A stretch of DNA of 32,701 bases from Candidatus Eiseniibacteriota bacterium (GCA_031370645.1 JANMQV010000103.1:1-32701), one strand, 5' to 3'; numbered from the stretch's first letter, positions 1-9,914 are shown. Notes: a model not told the origin generated them from the letters alone. A program made the numbers and translations.

Positions 1-1
1 C

Positions 2-2311
2 TTCGCGCTGGGACGGAATCCGAATCCCTATTACGAGCCCTACAACGCGCCGCGACCGGAGCTCCCTTCCCTGACCGAATACCAGATCGCGATCGCATCC
101 GGTTCGGGAGGCCGATTCGGCGGAATCGCCTGGCACTTGAACAATCGCGGCGGGCACGCCTGGCGGAAGTCGAATTACCTTTCCTTCGGACACATCGGCC
201 GCCCCGATCGGCACGTGTCGTTCGGTTGGGCGTCCCAGTGGGCTCCCTCCACGGGGGACCAGCAGAACATCCTCGATCTCGCTCTGCGTCCCGACGGCAG
301 CCCTCGGCTGACCCTCTTCGCCGACTACGCAAACCGGGGTCTGTTCCAGCGACGAACCGAATCGTTCGGAGCGGGTGTGCGCGTGCGACCGATCGACGGC
401 TTAGAGGTGTCTGCCCGCTGGCGTGACGACGTGAAATTCCAGGTCACAGCCGGCGTGACGCTCGCACGATTTGGAGCACGCGTGACGCCGATCTACAAGC
501 GCCTCAAGGCAGAACCGTACGGAAATAGGCCGGCCGTGACGGACCACTTCGGAACTTGGTACGCCGTTCGGCTTAATCCGCCCGTTCGGGGCATCGATGT
601 CGAGCGCCGCTTGATGCGAAATCGCCGCTTCCTCTCCATGGACCTCCATGGTCACGCGGTCTACCAGTCGTATCGTTGGTTCGACTCCGACGCGAAGCCG
701 CTCCGCGACTTGACCGAGCAAATTCGCTTCGCGAAGGAAGACCCCACGGTGGGCGGCGTGGCCATCCGCCTTTCCGACTTCCAGGCGAATGCAGCCATGT
801 ACTGGGAACTCCGCGAATCGCTCCTGGCGCTGAAGCGTGCGGGAAAGAAAGTCGTCATCGCGGCCGATCACCTCGACCAGCGCTCGTACTACTTCGCCTG
901 CGTCGCCGACCATCTGGTGCTCGACCCGCTCGGCGGGCTCCTCATGCCGGGCGTTCAGGCATCGCGCACCTACATGAAGGAACTCCTCGGAAAAATCGGC
1001 CTCGGCTTCGACGAGTGGCGCTTCTACAAGTACAAGTCGGCACTGGAGGGATTCTCGCGGACGTCGTTCTCGGACGCCGATCGCGAGCAGTTCGACGTAC
1101 TCGTCCACGCGACGTACGAGGAATTGGCGAACGGAATCGCGGCGAGCGGCCGGATCACGAGAGAGCGGCTCGACCGTTTGGTGAACGAAGAGCCCTACGT
1201 GACCGCGAGCCGCATGAAGGAGCTGGGACTGGTCGACTCGCTCGGACGCTGGGAAGATCTCGAGGCGCAGGTGAAGCGCTGGGGCGGACGGGGCGGCCCG
1301 CAATCGTACGCGTCCGTCGCGGGACGGCGCTGGAAACCCGACGAGACCTGGGGACCGGTTCCGACGGTCGCCCTCGTCTACCTCGTCGGCGACTGCGCCA
1401 TGGACACCGGCATTCGCGCACGCACCACCGCGCCGGCCATGCGCCAATTGCGCGAGAGCCGGAACGTGAGCGCGGTGGTGCTTCGCGTCGACTCGCCGGG
1501 CGGCGACCCGCTTGCCTCCGACCTCGTGGCGGATGAAACGAAGAAACTGCGCGCGGCGAAGAAACCGACCTACGTGAGCCAAGGGCGCGTCGCCGGGAGC
1601 GGCGGCTACTGGATCAGCATGGACGGCGAATCGATCGCCACCGGCCCCTTCTCGCTCACCGGCTCAATCGGGATCATCGGCGGCTGGGTCTGGAACGACG
1701 GCTTCGGCAAGAAGCTCGGTCTCGTCTCCGATCACGTTCAGGTCGGAAAGAGCGCCGACCTTCTCGGAGGCCTGGTCGTTCCGTTCGTCGGAGCGCGCCT
1801 CCCCGAGCGAAACCTGGACGAAGGAGAGCGGCGCCAGATCAAAGGACTCTTCGACGAGCTCTACGACAACTTCACGACCCGCGTCGCCACGGCGCGGGGA
1901 CTCGAAACGACGCGCGTGAGGGAGTTGGCGGAGGGGCGAATCTACGACGGCAGGGCCGCGGTCGCGAACCACCTGGCCGACCGTATCGCAACGCTTGAGG
2001 AAACGATGGAGACCGCGAAGCGGCAGGCGGGGATCAAGCCGGGTCGCCGCTATCGGCTGGTGGAGATTCCGCGCCGCCCCTTCATCAAGTTCCCCCGCTT
2101 CCTCCCCGGCGTGCGCGCATTGCTGGGCGGGGAAGGACCGCGGGGGCTCGAATCGGGTCTCCTCACCGCGCGCGAAGGCCTGACCGGCGCCGCGACGCCG
2201 TCCCGGCTCTACGAGACCGGCGTGCTGCAGCAGATCATCGACCAGCCGGGGCGCCCGCTCCTTCTCACGCCGGGCTCGCTCTTGCCGCTCGAGGAGGAAC
2301 CGATCCGCTAG
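2..2311 (+). CDS. sppA: Signal peptide peptidase SppA (protease IV, tandem S49 domains) with N-terminal beta-strand-rich extension; 5'-partial
   Basis: Frame is open from base 2, so the TTG at 137 is probably not the start. Motifs YKYKSA (catalytic Lys region), LRVDSPGG, VAGSGGYWIS (catalytic Ser), TGSIGI and AEGRIYDG; two S49-like halves. Confidence 0.9.
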   Translation, partial: FALGRNPNPYYEPYNAPRPELPSLTEYQIAIASGSGGRFGGIAWHLNNRGGHAWRKSNYLSFGHIGRPDRHVSFGWASQWAPSTGDQQNILDLALRPDGSPRLTLFADYANRGLFQRRTESFGAGVRVRPIDGLEVSARWRDDVKFQVTAGVTLARFGARVTPIYKRLKAEPYGNRPAVTDHFGTWYAVRLNPPVRGIDVERRLMRNRRFLSMDLHGHAVYQSYRWFDSDAKPLRDLTEQIRFAKEDPTVGGVAIRLSDFQANAAMYWELRESLLALKRAGKKVVIAADHLDQRSYYFACVADHLVLDPLGGLLMPGVQASRTYMKELLGKIGLGFDEWRFYKYKSALEGFSRTSFSDADREQFDVLVHATYEELANGIAASGRITRERLDRLVNEEPYVTASRMKELGLVDSLGRWEDLEAQVKRWGGRGGPQSYASVAGRRWKPDETWGPVPTVALVYLVGDCAMDTGIRARTTAPAMRQLRESRNVSAVVLRVDSPGGDPLASDLVADETKKLRAAKKPTYVSQGRVAGSGGYWISMDGESIATGPFSLTGSIGIIGGWVWNDGFGKKLGLVSDHVQVGKSADLLGGLVVPFVGARLPERNLDEGERRQIKGLFDELYDNFTTRVATARGLETTRVRELAEGRIYDGRAAVANHLADRIATLEETMETAKRQAGIKPGRRYRLVEIPRRPFIKFPRFLPGVRALLGGEGPRGLESGLLTAREGLTGAATPSRLYETGVLQQIIDQPGRPLLLTPGSLLPLEEEPIR

Positions 2312-2356
2312 GAGGGCCGGCGCTCCGCGCGCCCGACCCCTTCGCGAGCATTCGCC

Positions 2357-4588
2357 ATGATGAACGCCCCGATCGGAACCATCTACCTTCTCGTAGCCGG
2401 GCTCGTATTCCTCCTCGGCTTCGTGATCTTGCGCGAAGCGCCTCGCGAGCGTGCCAACCGCGCCACGGCGCTCATGCTCTTCTTCGCGGGCCTCGGCTCC
2501 GTGCTCGGCGCGATCGGCTTCATTCTCGAGGGCGTCGGCGCGGCGAAGCAAGGGACGAACGATCTTCTCCGCTCGTTCAACTATCTCTGGGAACTCTTTT
2601 TCCCGTCGCTGCTCTATTTCGCCTGCGTCTTCCCGTCGGAGAATCGCTTCTACCGGAAGATCCCGTTCGGCTCCTTCGTCATTTACGGCCCGCACGTCTT
2701 CCACCTCCTCTTCATGCTGCTTCTGCTGCAGGGGGCGCTCTGGGGGAGCCTCCTGGCGAACGTCTCGAAAGCCACGTCCGGGCGGGCCGTCATCGCGGCG
2801 CTTCGGCTTCCGGTAGAGCTCTCCATCCAGTTCCACCAGATCCTCTTCTCGCTCGTCAACCTCTTCTACATCGTCGCGGCCCTCACGATTCTCTTCCTCT
2901 CGTATCGCCGCGCCATGAACCCGAGGATCCGAAACCAACTGCGAGCCATCTTCATCGGGCTCGCCTCCTGCGCGAGCCTCTACGCGGTCGCCGTTCCGCT
3001 GCCCGTCCTCATCAATCATCCCTGGTCGGCGGTCGTCCGCTCCACGCTCATCATCAGCGCGCTGATTCTCGGCTCCGGCTCCATCGCCTATTCAATGGTC
3101 CGCTATCGCTTCCTCGACGCGAACCTGATCGCGCGGAAGTCGATTCTCTACGCTCTCACGTCGGGATTCCTTCTGATCGTCTACTCCACCGTGGTGCGGC
3201 AGCTCGATTCGCTTCTCGAGACGGTGCGCGGCTTCGACACGTCGATCTTCCAGACCGCCATGCTCCTTCTGGCGCTCATTCTCTTCCAGCCGATGTTCTC
3301 CTGGCTCGACGAGACGCTCGACCGATTGTTCCTCCGCGAGAAGGGCGACTACCGGTCGCTCCTCCGCCGCATGTCGAGCGAGATCCTCACGGTGCTCGAT
3401 CTCGAGAAATTGACCGAGAACGTCGTCTCAACACTCCGCGACGCGATTCCCGCGCGGACCACGGTCTTGCTCCTCACGCCCGAGCGGCGCGCCCCGATCG
3501 TGCGCGGTTTCGGCGGCGGCGTCGACGTGGCGCGCCTGGCGGCGATTCCGCGGCTCACGCTGGCTCAGCTGGTCGAGGGATCGGAACTGCTCCGGAAGGA
3601 GGAGATTCCGGCGCTCGCGGCGGAGCGGGGACTCGAGGCGGAGACCGCGGCGCTTCTAGAAACGCTACCGTTCGTGCTGATTCCGCTCCGCCACGGAGAG
3701 GATTTTCTCGGCGTGATCGCCCTCGGCCGAAAGATCACCGAGACGCGGTACAAGGCCGAGGAGTTGAGCCTCCTCCAAACGCTCGCCAACCAGACGAGCG
3801 TCGCGGTGAAGAACGCGCTTCTCTATCGCGAAAGTCTCGAAATGTCGATTCTCGAGGAGGAACTCGCGGTGGCGCGCCGCATTCAGCGGCAGTTTCTTCC
3901 CGCCTCGCTTCCCCAGACGCAGCGTTTCGGACTCGCCGCGTTGAATCTTCAGACGAAGCAGGTGGGCGGCGATTACTATGATCTGGTGGAACTCGGCGAC
4001 GGGCAATTCCTCGTGGTGATCGCCGATGTCGCCGGAAAGGGAATCCCGGCGGCGCTTCTCGCGTCGATGGTGCAAGCCTCCATTCGCACGCAGGCCGATT
4101 TGGCGAGTTCGGTCTGCCAGATCATGACGCGACTCAATCGTCTGGTGCACGACGCCACGCCCGACGATCGCTTCGCCACCTGCTTCCTTGCGCGGCTTGG
4201 CGGCGAGCGGATGTCGGTCCAGTTCGCGAACGCGGGACACAATTTTCCGATCGTGCTCCGGGCCGCCGGCGGATGGCGCTATCTCGAGGAGGGGGGCATT
4301 CCGCTCGGCATCATGCCGGGCTGGGAGTACGGCGAGACGGCCATGTCGCTCGCGCCGGGCGACTCGCTCTTGATGTACACGGATGGAATTACCGACGCGC
4401 GAAATCTCGAAGGCGAGGACTTCGGCGAGGAGCGGCTCATTCGCCTCGCGGAACGGCTTTCCCGTGAGCTCTCGGCGGACGAAATCGTGCAGGCGGTGGC
4501 CGACGAAGTCTCCCAATTCACGGCGGGAGCGGACCAGGCCGACGACATTACCTTGGTGGCCCTCAAGGCACTGGTGGTGATAGAGTAA
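2357..4588 (+). CDS. Membrane sensor PP2C/SpoIIE (RsbU-like) phosphatase with multi-TM N-terminus and GAF domain
   Basis: About 8-9 hydrophobic segments, then a GAF-like region (LIPLRHGEDFLGVIALG...LQTLANQ), then PP2C motifs GGDYYD, IADVAGKG, NAGH, YTDGITD and DDITLV. Confidence 0.9.
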   Translation: MMNAPIGTIYLLVAGLVFLLGFVILREAPRERANRATALMLFFAGLGSVLGAIGFILEGVGAAKQGTNDLLRSFNYLWELFFPSLLYFACVFPSENRFYRKIPFGSFVIYGPHVFHLLFMLLLLQGALWGSLLANVSKATSGRAVIAALRLPVELSIQFHQILFSLVNLFYIVAALTILFLSYRRAMNPRIRNQLRAIFIGLASCASLYAVAVPLPVLINHPWSAVVRSTLIISALILGSGSIAYSMVRYRFLDANLIARKSILYALTSGFLLIVYSTVVRQLDSLLETVRGFDTSIFQTAMLLLALILFQPMFSWLDETLDRLFLREKGDYRSLLRRMSSEILTVLDLEKLTENVVSTLRDAIPARTTVLLLTPERRAPIVRGFGGGVDVARLAAIPRLTLAQLVEGSELLRKEEIPALAAERGLEAETAALLETLPFVLIPLRHGEDFLGVIALGRKITETRYKAEELSLLQTLANQTSVAVKNALLYRESLEMSILEEELAVARRIQRQFLPASLPQTQRFGLAALNLQTKQVGGDYYDLVELGDGQFLVVIADVAGKGIPAALLASMVQASIRTQADLASSVCQIMTRLNRLVHDATPDDRFATCFLARLGGERMSVQFANAGHNFPIVLRAAGGWRYLEEGGIPLGIMPGWEYGETAMSLAPGDSLLMYTDGITDARNLEGEDFGEERLIRLAERLSRELSADEIVQAVADEVSQFTAGADQADDITLVALKALVVIE

Positions 4589-4592
4589 ACAG

Positions 4593-5051
4593 ATGGGCGG
4601 CGACCTGACTCCCCCGTCACCGAACGGGACCGACAACATCCGCCTGACGATCGGGAGCCGTCTTGAGCTCCTATCGATGGTGCATGCCCTCATCACTCAG
4701 ATTTCCCGCCAGTACGAGCTGAGCGAGGATTTCGAGAACGCCCTCCTCATTGCCGTGATCGAAGCCGGCACGAACGCCATCCAGCATGGGAACTGCTTCG
4801 CCGACGACAAGTGCGTGGAGTTCGAGTTCAAGGTCGGGGCGGGAGAGATCGTCATTGCCGTGGAGGATTTCGGGACGGGCTTCGATCCGAAGCAGGTGGA
4901 GAATCCAACCGATTCGTACGCGCTTTTGAACCCGCATGGGCGCGGGCTCTTCTTGATGCGGGAGTTGATGGACGACGTGAGTTTCGACGTCCGGGCCGAT
5001 CACGGAACCCGGGTGCTCTTGAAGAAGTCGCGCGTCAACGCGACGGCGTAA
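4593..5051 (+). CDS. RsbW/SpoIIAB-like anti-sigma factor Ser kinase (HATPase_c_2)
   Basis: N box EAGTNAIQHGN, G1 box EDFGTGFD, G2 box GRGLFLM; starts 4 nt after the phosphatase stop. Confidence 0.9.
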   Translation: MGGDLTPPSPNGTDNIRLTIGSRLELLSMVHALITQISRQYELSEDFENALLIAVIEAGTNAIQHGNCFADDKCVEFEFKVGAGEIVIAVEDFGTGFDPKQVENPTDSYALLNPHGRGLFLMRELMDDVSFDVRADHGTRVLLKKSRVNATA

Positions 5052-6216
5052 CGCTTTCCTCTCGCGGGCGCAAATGTTCCAGCGTCCGCCTCACCGCCGG
5101 GTAAATCTGCTCGAACGCCGCGATCACGCGCGGATCGAAGTGCGTGCCCGCGTTCCGCTTCAGTTCCGTTAGCGCCACCTGCTCGGCGAGCGCCTTTCGG
5201 TAGGGCCGGTCCGAGGTCATGGCGTCGAACGCGTCGGCCACCGCCATGATGCGCGCCTCGATTGGAATTCCCTCCCCCTTCAATCCGTCGGGATACCCCG
5301 TGCCGTCGAAGTGCTCGTGATGGGAGCGGACGCCGGGGAGGAGCGGGTGGAGGAGCGCAATCGGCCGCAGGATGCTTTCGCCGATCTGGGGATGGAGATC
5401 CATCTTCTCCTTCTCTCCCTGACTCAACCGTTCCCGCTTGTGCAAAATTCCCTCGTCCACGGCGATCTTCCCGATGTCGTGCACCAGGCAGGAGCGGTGG
5501 ATCACGTCGAGCGTCTCGGGCGGAAGTCCCAACTGCTTCCCGATCGCCTCGCTGTACGCCGCCACGCGGACCGAGTGGCCCTCCGTGTAGGGGTCCTTCG
5601 CTTCGATCGCCATCGTCAGGGAGACGATGACGCTCATGAAGAGATCCTCGAGTTTCGCCCTCTGCGCGTCTTCCAGAATCGCCACACCCGCCATCGTCCC
5701 GAGCGATCGAAGCCCCGCGGCATGTTCGGCGCCGAAACGGAACGGGGTCGCATGATTGAGGAGAAGCGCGCCGATCGCCTCGCCATGGGCGCGAATCGGG
5801 GCGAGCGCGCCGCCGTTCATTCCCGCGGCGAAGAGGAATTCGCGAGACCACGGGGTCTTCTGGCGGCGATGGAAGAGGACCACTTCGTCGCGGCGAAGGA
5901 GTTCGTCCAGGAGATCGCACGAAGGGCCGGTGAGCGTGAAGTCTCCCCACTCTTCAAGGACGCCCTGCACGTGCCGGAAGACGTACTCGCCGGGGCGCAC
6001 CCTCGTCAAGACGGCCACGCCGTCCGGATTCAGGAGCCGGTCGACGCCGCTCGCGACGTGGTGGAGCGAAGAGGTCCCCTCGTGGAACGGCTCGAGGGAG
6101 CGGGCCACGTCGTTCAGGCCGCGGATCAGCTCGAGGGCGCTCGGGAGTGACCGAGCGTCGGCGGGTGCGGCGGCGGATGTTGGTGCGTGCGCGGTGCGTT
6201 TCGTCTCGGTCGCCAT
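5035..6216 (-). CDS. GAF + HD-GYP domain cyclic-dinucleotide phosphodiesterase
   Basis: AKDPYTEGHSVRV, HDIGK, HHEHFDGTGYP, ADAFDAMTSDRPYR and GTHFDP motifs. ATG at 6216 has GAGG upstream and is preferred over TTG 6237. Confidence 0.9.
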   Translation of the reverse strand: MATETKRTAHAPTSAAAPADARSLPSALELIRGLNDVARSLEPFHEGTSSLHHVASGVDRLLNPDGVAVLTRVRPGEYVFRHVQGVLEEWGDFTLTGPSCDLLDELLRRDEVVLFHRRQKTPWSREFLFAAGMNGGALAPIRAHGEAIGALLLNHATPFRFGAEHAAGLRSLGTMAGVAILEDAQRAKLEDLFMSVIVSLTMAIEAKDPYTEGHSVRVAAYSEAIGKQLGLPPETLDVIHRSCLVHDIGKIAVDEGILHKRERLSQGEKEKMDLHPQIGESILRPIALLHPLLPGVRSHHEHFDGTGYPDGLKGEGIPIEARIMAVADAFDAMTSDRPYRKALAEQVALTELKRNAGTHFDPRVIAAFEQIYPAVRRTLEHLRPREESVTPSR

Positions 6217-6401
6217 CGCCTCGGTGTCCGGGGGCAAGAGCCCCCCTGCCTAGGGGTTACGCGTGAAGAAGGGAACGCGCTAGGGGTTCCCTTCCGTGTC
6301 CCCCCTGCTGTTGGAGGTTTCGGCAGGGACCGGTGCGATATTTAGCCGGAGTAGCGGGCGGGGCCGCGAAGGCGCGAAGGCGCGGCGCGCGGGCGGGAGT
6401 G

Positions 6402-7142
6402 CTACCCGATCGCCGGGAGGTATCGCGAGAGGAAGGAGACGAAGTAGCGGAAGAGATTCGTCACGAGCGCAATTCCGAACACGATGAGAATCACGCCGCT
6501 CACGATCTCGATCGTCCGAAGCGAGGAGCGAAGTTTCTTCGACGCGGCGAGGAACGAATTCATGCCGAGCGAGGCGAGGAAGAAGGGCACGCCGAGCCCG
6601 AGCGAATAGACACTGAGAAGGAGAATGCCGGTCCCCGCCTTTTCGGAGGTGCTCGCGTAGAGAAGGATCGAGGCGAGGATTGGACCGATGCAGGGCGTCC
6701 AACCGGCGGCGAACGTGATCCCGACCAGCACCGAGCCGAAGAGGCCGAGCGGCTTCGACGTCATGCGGAACTTCGCCTCGCGGGAAAGCGCCGCGATCTT
6801 CAGCACGCCCGTGAGGTAGAGCCCGAAGAGGATGATGAGGACGCCGCCCACCTGCCGGAGGACGTCCTGATACTCGCGGAGGAATTTTCCCGCGGCGGTC
6901 GCGGTGGCGCCGAGCGCGATGAAGACGAGTGAGAATCCGAGGATGAAGGCGAGTGAGTGGAGGATCGTGAGCCGCCGGATGCGGCCCGTCTTGTCCTCCG
7001 TCGTCAGCTCGTCGAAGGAGACGCCGGTGATGAACGTGATGTAGGACGGAACGAGCGGCAAGACGCAGGGCGAGGCGAACGACACGAGCCCCGCGAGGAA
7101 CGCCGCGAAGATGGAGACCTGGCTTGCCTGCGTTTCGAACAT
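6402..7142 (-). CDS. ccdA: Cytochrome c biogenesis / disulfide transfer membrane protein CcdA
   Basis: SPCVLPLVPSY and WTPCIGPIL Cys motifs, about 6 TM helices; ATG 7142 lies directly after the tlpA stop. Confidence 0.92.
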   Translation of the reverse strand: MFETQASQVSIFAAFLAGLVSFASPCVLPLVPSYITFITGVSFDELTTEDKTGRIRRLTILHSLAFILGFSLVFIALGATATAAGKFLREYQDVLRQVGGVLIILFGLYLTGVLKIAALSREAKFRMTSKPLGLFGSVLVGITFAAGWTPCIGPILASILLYASTSEKAGTGILLLSVYSLGLGVPFFLASLGMNSFLAASKKLRSSLRTIEIVSGVILIVFGIALVTNLFRYFVSFLSRYLPAIG

Positions 7143-7143
7143 G

Positions 7144-7722
7144 CTACGAGGTGGCCGCCAGGAGCGGAGCGATCGTTTGTTCGAAGACCTCGGGCGAGGT
7201 GAACCCGACAAAGCGCTGCACGACCTTTCCCTGGCGATCGATCACGAACGCCGTCGGGATGGAGTTGATTCCGCCGTACGCCTTCGCCACGTCGTCGGCG
7301 CCGATGAGCATCGGGTAGTTGATGTTGTGCTCCTTGGCGAACGGGGCGACATCGCCCGCGCCGCCGGCGTCGAGCGAGAGCCCGACGATCACCAAGCCTT
7401 GGCTGGCGTACTTCCTCTGGAGTTCGACGAAATGGGGCACCTCTTCACGGCAGGGCGGGCACCAGGTGGCCCAGAAGTCGAGGATCACGACCTTGCCGGC
7501 GAACGTGCTGCTCGCGACCTTCACGCCGCTGAGGTCGGAGAGTTCAAACGCTGGCGCCTGCGTGCCAATTTCGGCGTGTCCCGAGGCAGCGGGCGTCGGG
7601 GACCCCGACGTGGTCTTCGACCCGCCGCCCCCGCCGCAGCCCGCCAAAATCGCCAGTACGAGAATCGGCATCGCCTTCGCGGCGAGGGAGCGGACGCGTG
7701 AATGGGCGAGAGAACGGACCAT
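7144..7722 (-). CDS. TlpA/ResA family thiol-disulfide reductase lipoprotein
   Basis: LDFWATWCPPC and IPTAFVIDRQG motifs, lipobox LAGC, AGGAG upstream of the ATG. Confidence 0.92.
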   Translation of the reverse strand: MVRSLAHSRVRSLAAKAMPILVLAILAGCGGGGGSKTTSGSPTPAASGHAEIGTQAPAFELSDLSGVKVASSTFAGKVVILDFWATWCPPCREEVPHFVELQRKYASQGLVIVGLSLDAGGAGDVAPFAKEHNINYPMLIGADDVAKAYGGINSIPTAFVIDRQGKVVQRFVGFTSPEVFEQTIAPLLAATS

Positions 7723-7777
7723 GGCGATCGATGCTCCTAAGTGTTGGAGTGGCTTGGGAAGGCCGGAATTGCCCCTG

Positions 7778-7807
7778 ACACTACCGACCGGCCATTCGGG
7801 GCGTCAA
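7778..7807 (-). promoter_or_regulatory. Putative sigma70 promoter for tlpA-ccdA
   Basis: Minus strand TTGACG-N18-TAGTGT, about 55 nt upstream of the tlpA start. Confidence 0.45.
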
Positions 7808-7954
7808 GGGGGCTCCCCGTGGCCGGCGGTACCACCGTCCCGGCTCCGTAGTACAACCTCCTGAGGGCCCGCCCGGTTCCGGCCGGACAAACGAGATGAG
7901 CCCAGATCCTTTCGGATGCCGGGCTCGATCTCGAGATGCGAAACGTCCGCCGAA

Positions 7955-9286
7955 CTAGAGAATCGGGTAGTACGCGTCCAATTCGTAGTCGGTGACCTGC
8001 GTGCGATAGTTGTCCCATTCGATCCGCTTGTTCACGACGAACTTCTCGAAGACGTGCTCGCCGAGGACGTCACGGACCAACTTCGACTTCTCGAGCGCAT
8101 CGACGGCTTCGCTGAGGCTACCGGGGAGCGACTCGATGCCGTGCTTCTTCCGCTCCTCGGAGTTCATCTCGTAGATGTCCTCTTCGACGGCCGAACGAAG
8201 CGTGTACCCCTCTTCGACGCCGCGAAGACCCGCCGCGAGCATCACCGAGAAGGCGAGATACGGATTGCAGGCCGGATCCGGGCAGCGAAGCTCGATGCGC
8301 GTCGCCTTCTCCTTGCCGGGCTTGTAGATCGGGATCCGGATGAGGGCCGAGCGATTCCGCTGCGCCCAGGCGATGTAGACCGGCGCCTCGAATCCGGGGA
8401 CGAGCCGCTTGTAGGAGTTCACCCACTGGTTCGTGACAGCCGCGATCTCCCGCATGTGCTTCAGAAGCCCGGCGAGATACGCGCGCGCCGTCTTCGAGAG
8501 GTGCTGCTTGTCCTTCGCGTCGTGGAAGAGGTTCTTCCCCGCCTTGAAGAGCGACTGGTGGACGTGCATCCCGCTTCCGTTCTGACCGTAGACCGGCTTC
8601 GGCATGAACGAGGCGTAGTAGCCGCCCTGCCGCGCCATCTCCTTCACCACGTAGCGGTAGGTGATCGTCTGGTCGGCCATCTTGAGCGCCTCGGAATAGC
8701 GAAGGTCGATCTCGTGCTGGCTATGCGCCACTTCGTGGTGCGCCGCCTCGACCTGGATCTCCATCGCCTGAAGCGCTTCGACCGTCCGGCTCCGGAGTTC
8801 GGTGCCGATGTCGTCCGGGACCTGGTCGAAGTAGCCGGCCGTGTCGAGGAGCGTGCGGTCCTTGTTGCTCTTGAAGTAGAAGTACTCGAGTTCCGGTCCG
8901 AGGTAGGCCGTCATTCCCTGCTTGTCGAGTTTCTTCACAAGGCGCTTCAGCACGCCGCGCGGATCGCCCGGGTAGGGCGTCCCGTCCGGATTGAGCACGT
9001 CGCAGATGAGGCGCCCGACTGGCTCGTCATTCACCTTCCACGGGAGGAGCTGGAACGTGGCGACGTCCGGCATCGCGATGAGATCGCTCTCGAAGATGCG
9101 CGCGAACCCTTCAACCGAGGAGCCGTCGATGCCGGCGCCTTCGGCGAGGGCGGTGGCGAGCTCGTGGCGCGTGATCGACACGGCCTTCAGCTGGCCGAGA
9201 ATATCCACGAACCAGAGCTGAATGAGTTCGACGTCGCGGTCCTCGCAGAACTTCACGACGTCCTTGGCTGTCTTGAGGCTTTCCAT
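7955..9286 (-). CDS. glnA: Glutamine synthetase type I (GSI-alpha-like)
   Basis: DGSSVEGF, GPELEY, HHEVAHSQHEI, FMPKP, NGSGMHVHQSL, NSYKRLVPGFEAP, NRSALIRIP and RIELRCPDPACNPYL motifs. Confidence 0.93.
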   Translation of the reverse strand: MESLKTAKDVVKFCEDRDVELIQLWFVDILGQLKAVSITRHELATALAEGAGIDGSSVEGFARIFESDLIAMPDVATFQLLPWKVNDEPVGRLICDVLNPDGTPYPGDPRGVLKRLVKKLDKQGMTAYLGPELEYFYFKSNKDRTLLDTAGYFDQVPDDIGTELRSRTVEALQAMEIQVEAAHHEVAHSQHEIDLRYSEALKMADQTITYRYVVKEMARQGGYYASFMPKPVYGQNGSGMHVHQSLFKAGKNLFHDAKDKQHLSKTARAYLAGLLKHMREIAAVTNQWVNSYKRLVPGFEAPVYIAWAQRNRSALIRIPIYKPGKEKATRIELRCPDPACNPYLAFSVMLAAGLRGVEEGYTLRSAVEEDIYEMNSEERKKHGIESLPGSLSEAVDALEKSKLVRDVLGEHVFEKFVVNKRIEWDNYRTQVTDYELDAYYPIL

Positions 9287-9340
9287 CCTACCGGGGTCCT
9301 TTCGCTGGGGGTCGCACGGGGGAACCGCCCCGTCGGCCGG

Positions 9341-9772
9341 CTAGCGCCGGAGCAACATCGACATTTGGTTTTCCACGGTGAAACCGAAGTGCTTGTAGAA
9401 GGACTGCCGGTCCTTCGTGAGAAGGAGGAACATCGTCACGGTCTTCAATTCGGGATGGTCGAGCACCTTCCGCATCAGTTCGCGGCCGATGCCGCGTTTC
9501 CGGTGCGTCTCCGCGACGATCACGTCCCAAATCGTCGCCCGGTAGGTGAGGTCCGAGATGACGCGCGTAAATCCCACCAGGCGAACTCCGTCCCACGCCG
9601 TGATGACGGGTCGCGAATACTGGAGCGCTCGCTCCACCTGAGCGGCCGTGCGTCCCTTCGCCCAGTACGTGACGTGATAGAGCCCGAGGAGTTGCGTGAT
9701 GTTCACGCGTTCGGGATCGTCGCTGTAGGTGATCGCTCCGGCGGAACCGGCGGCGCGCTTCTCGTGCGGCAT
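9341..9772 (-). CDS. GNAT family N-acetyltransferase
   Basis: LVGFTRVISD...IWDVIV...RKRGIG acetyl-CoA motif and FYKHFGF. Confidence 0.9.
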   Translation of the reverse strand: MPHEKRAAGSAGAITYSDDPERVNITQLLGLYHVTYWAKGRTAAQVERALQYSRPVITAWDGVRLVGFTRVISDLTYRATIWDVIVAETHRKRGIGRELMRKVLDHPELKTVTMFLLLTKDRQSFYKHFGFTVENQMSMLLRR

Positions 9773-9892
9773 GTTCTACAGTAGGGTGCGCGCACCTTGA
9801 AAATCAATCTTTCCGAGTGACGGTGTAAGGCATTGCGTCACCGCCAGTTAGCTCACCGCCGATCGCTATGGCATCACATACGACCGGCATCA

Positions 9893-9914
9893 ATATATCT
9901 ATCAGATATATACT
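9893..9914 (+). promoter_or_regulatory. Palindromic operator overlapping the padR -10 element
   Basis: ATATATCT-atc-AGATATAT inverted repeat (9893-9911) overlapping TATACT (9909-9914), 6 nt before the ATG. Confidence 0.7.

Noticed and set aside
7916-9784. 622-aa + strand ORF and similar long ORFs (401-1582, 1664-3019, 13006-14262, 25885-27816, 29116-30474, 30206-31639)
   Set aside because: Antisense shadows of well-supported genes, expected in high-GC DNA with strong codon bias; no motifs of their own.
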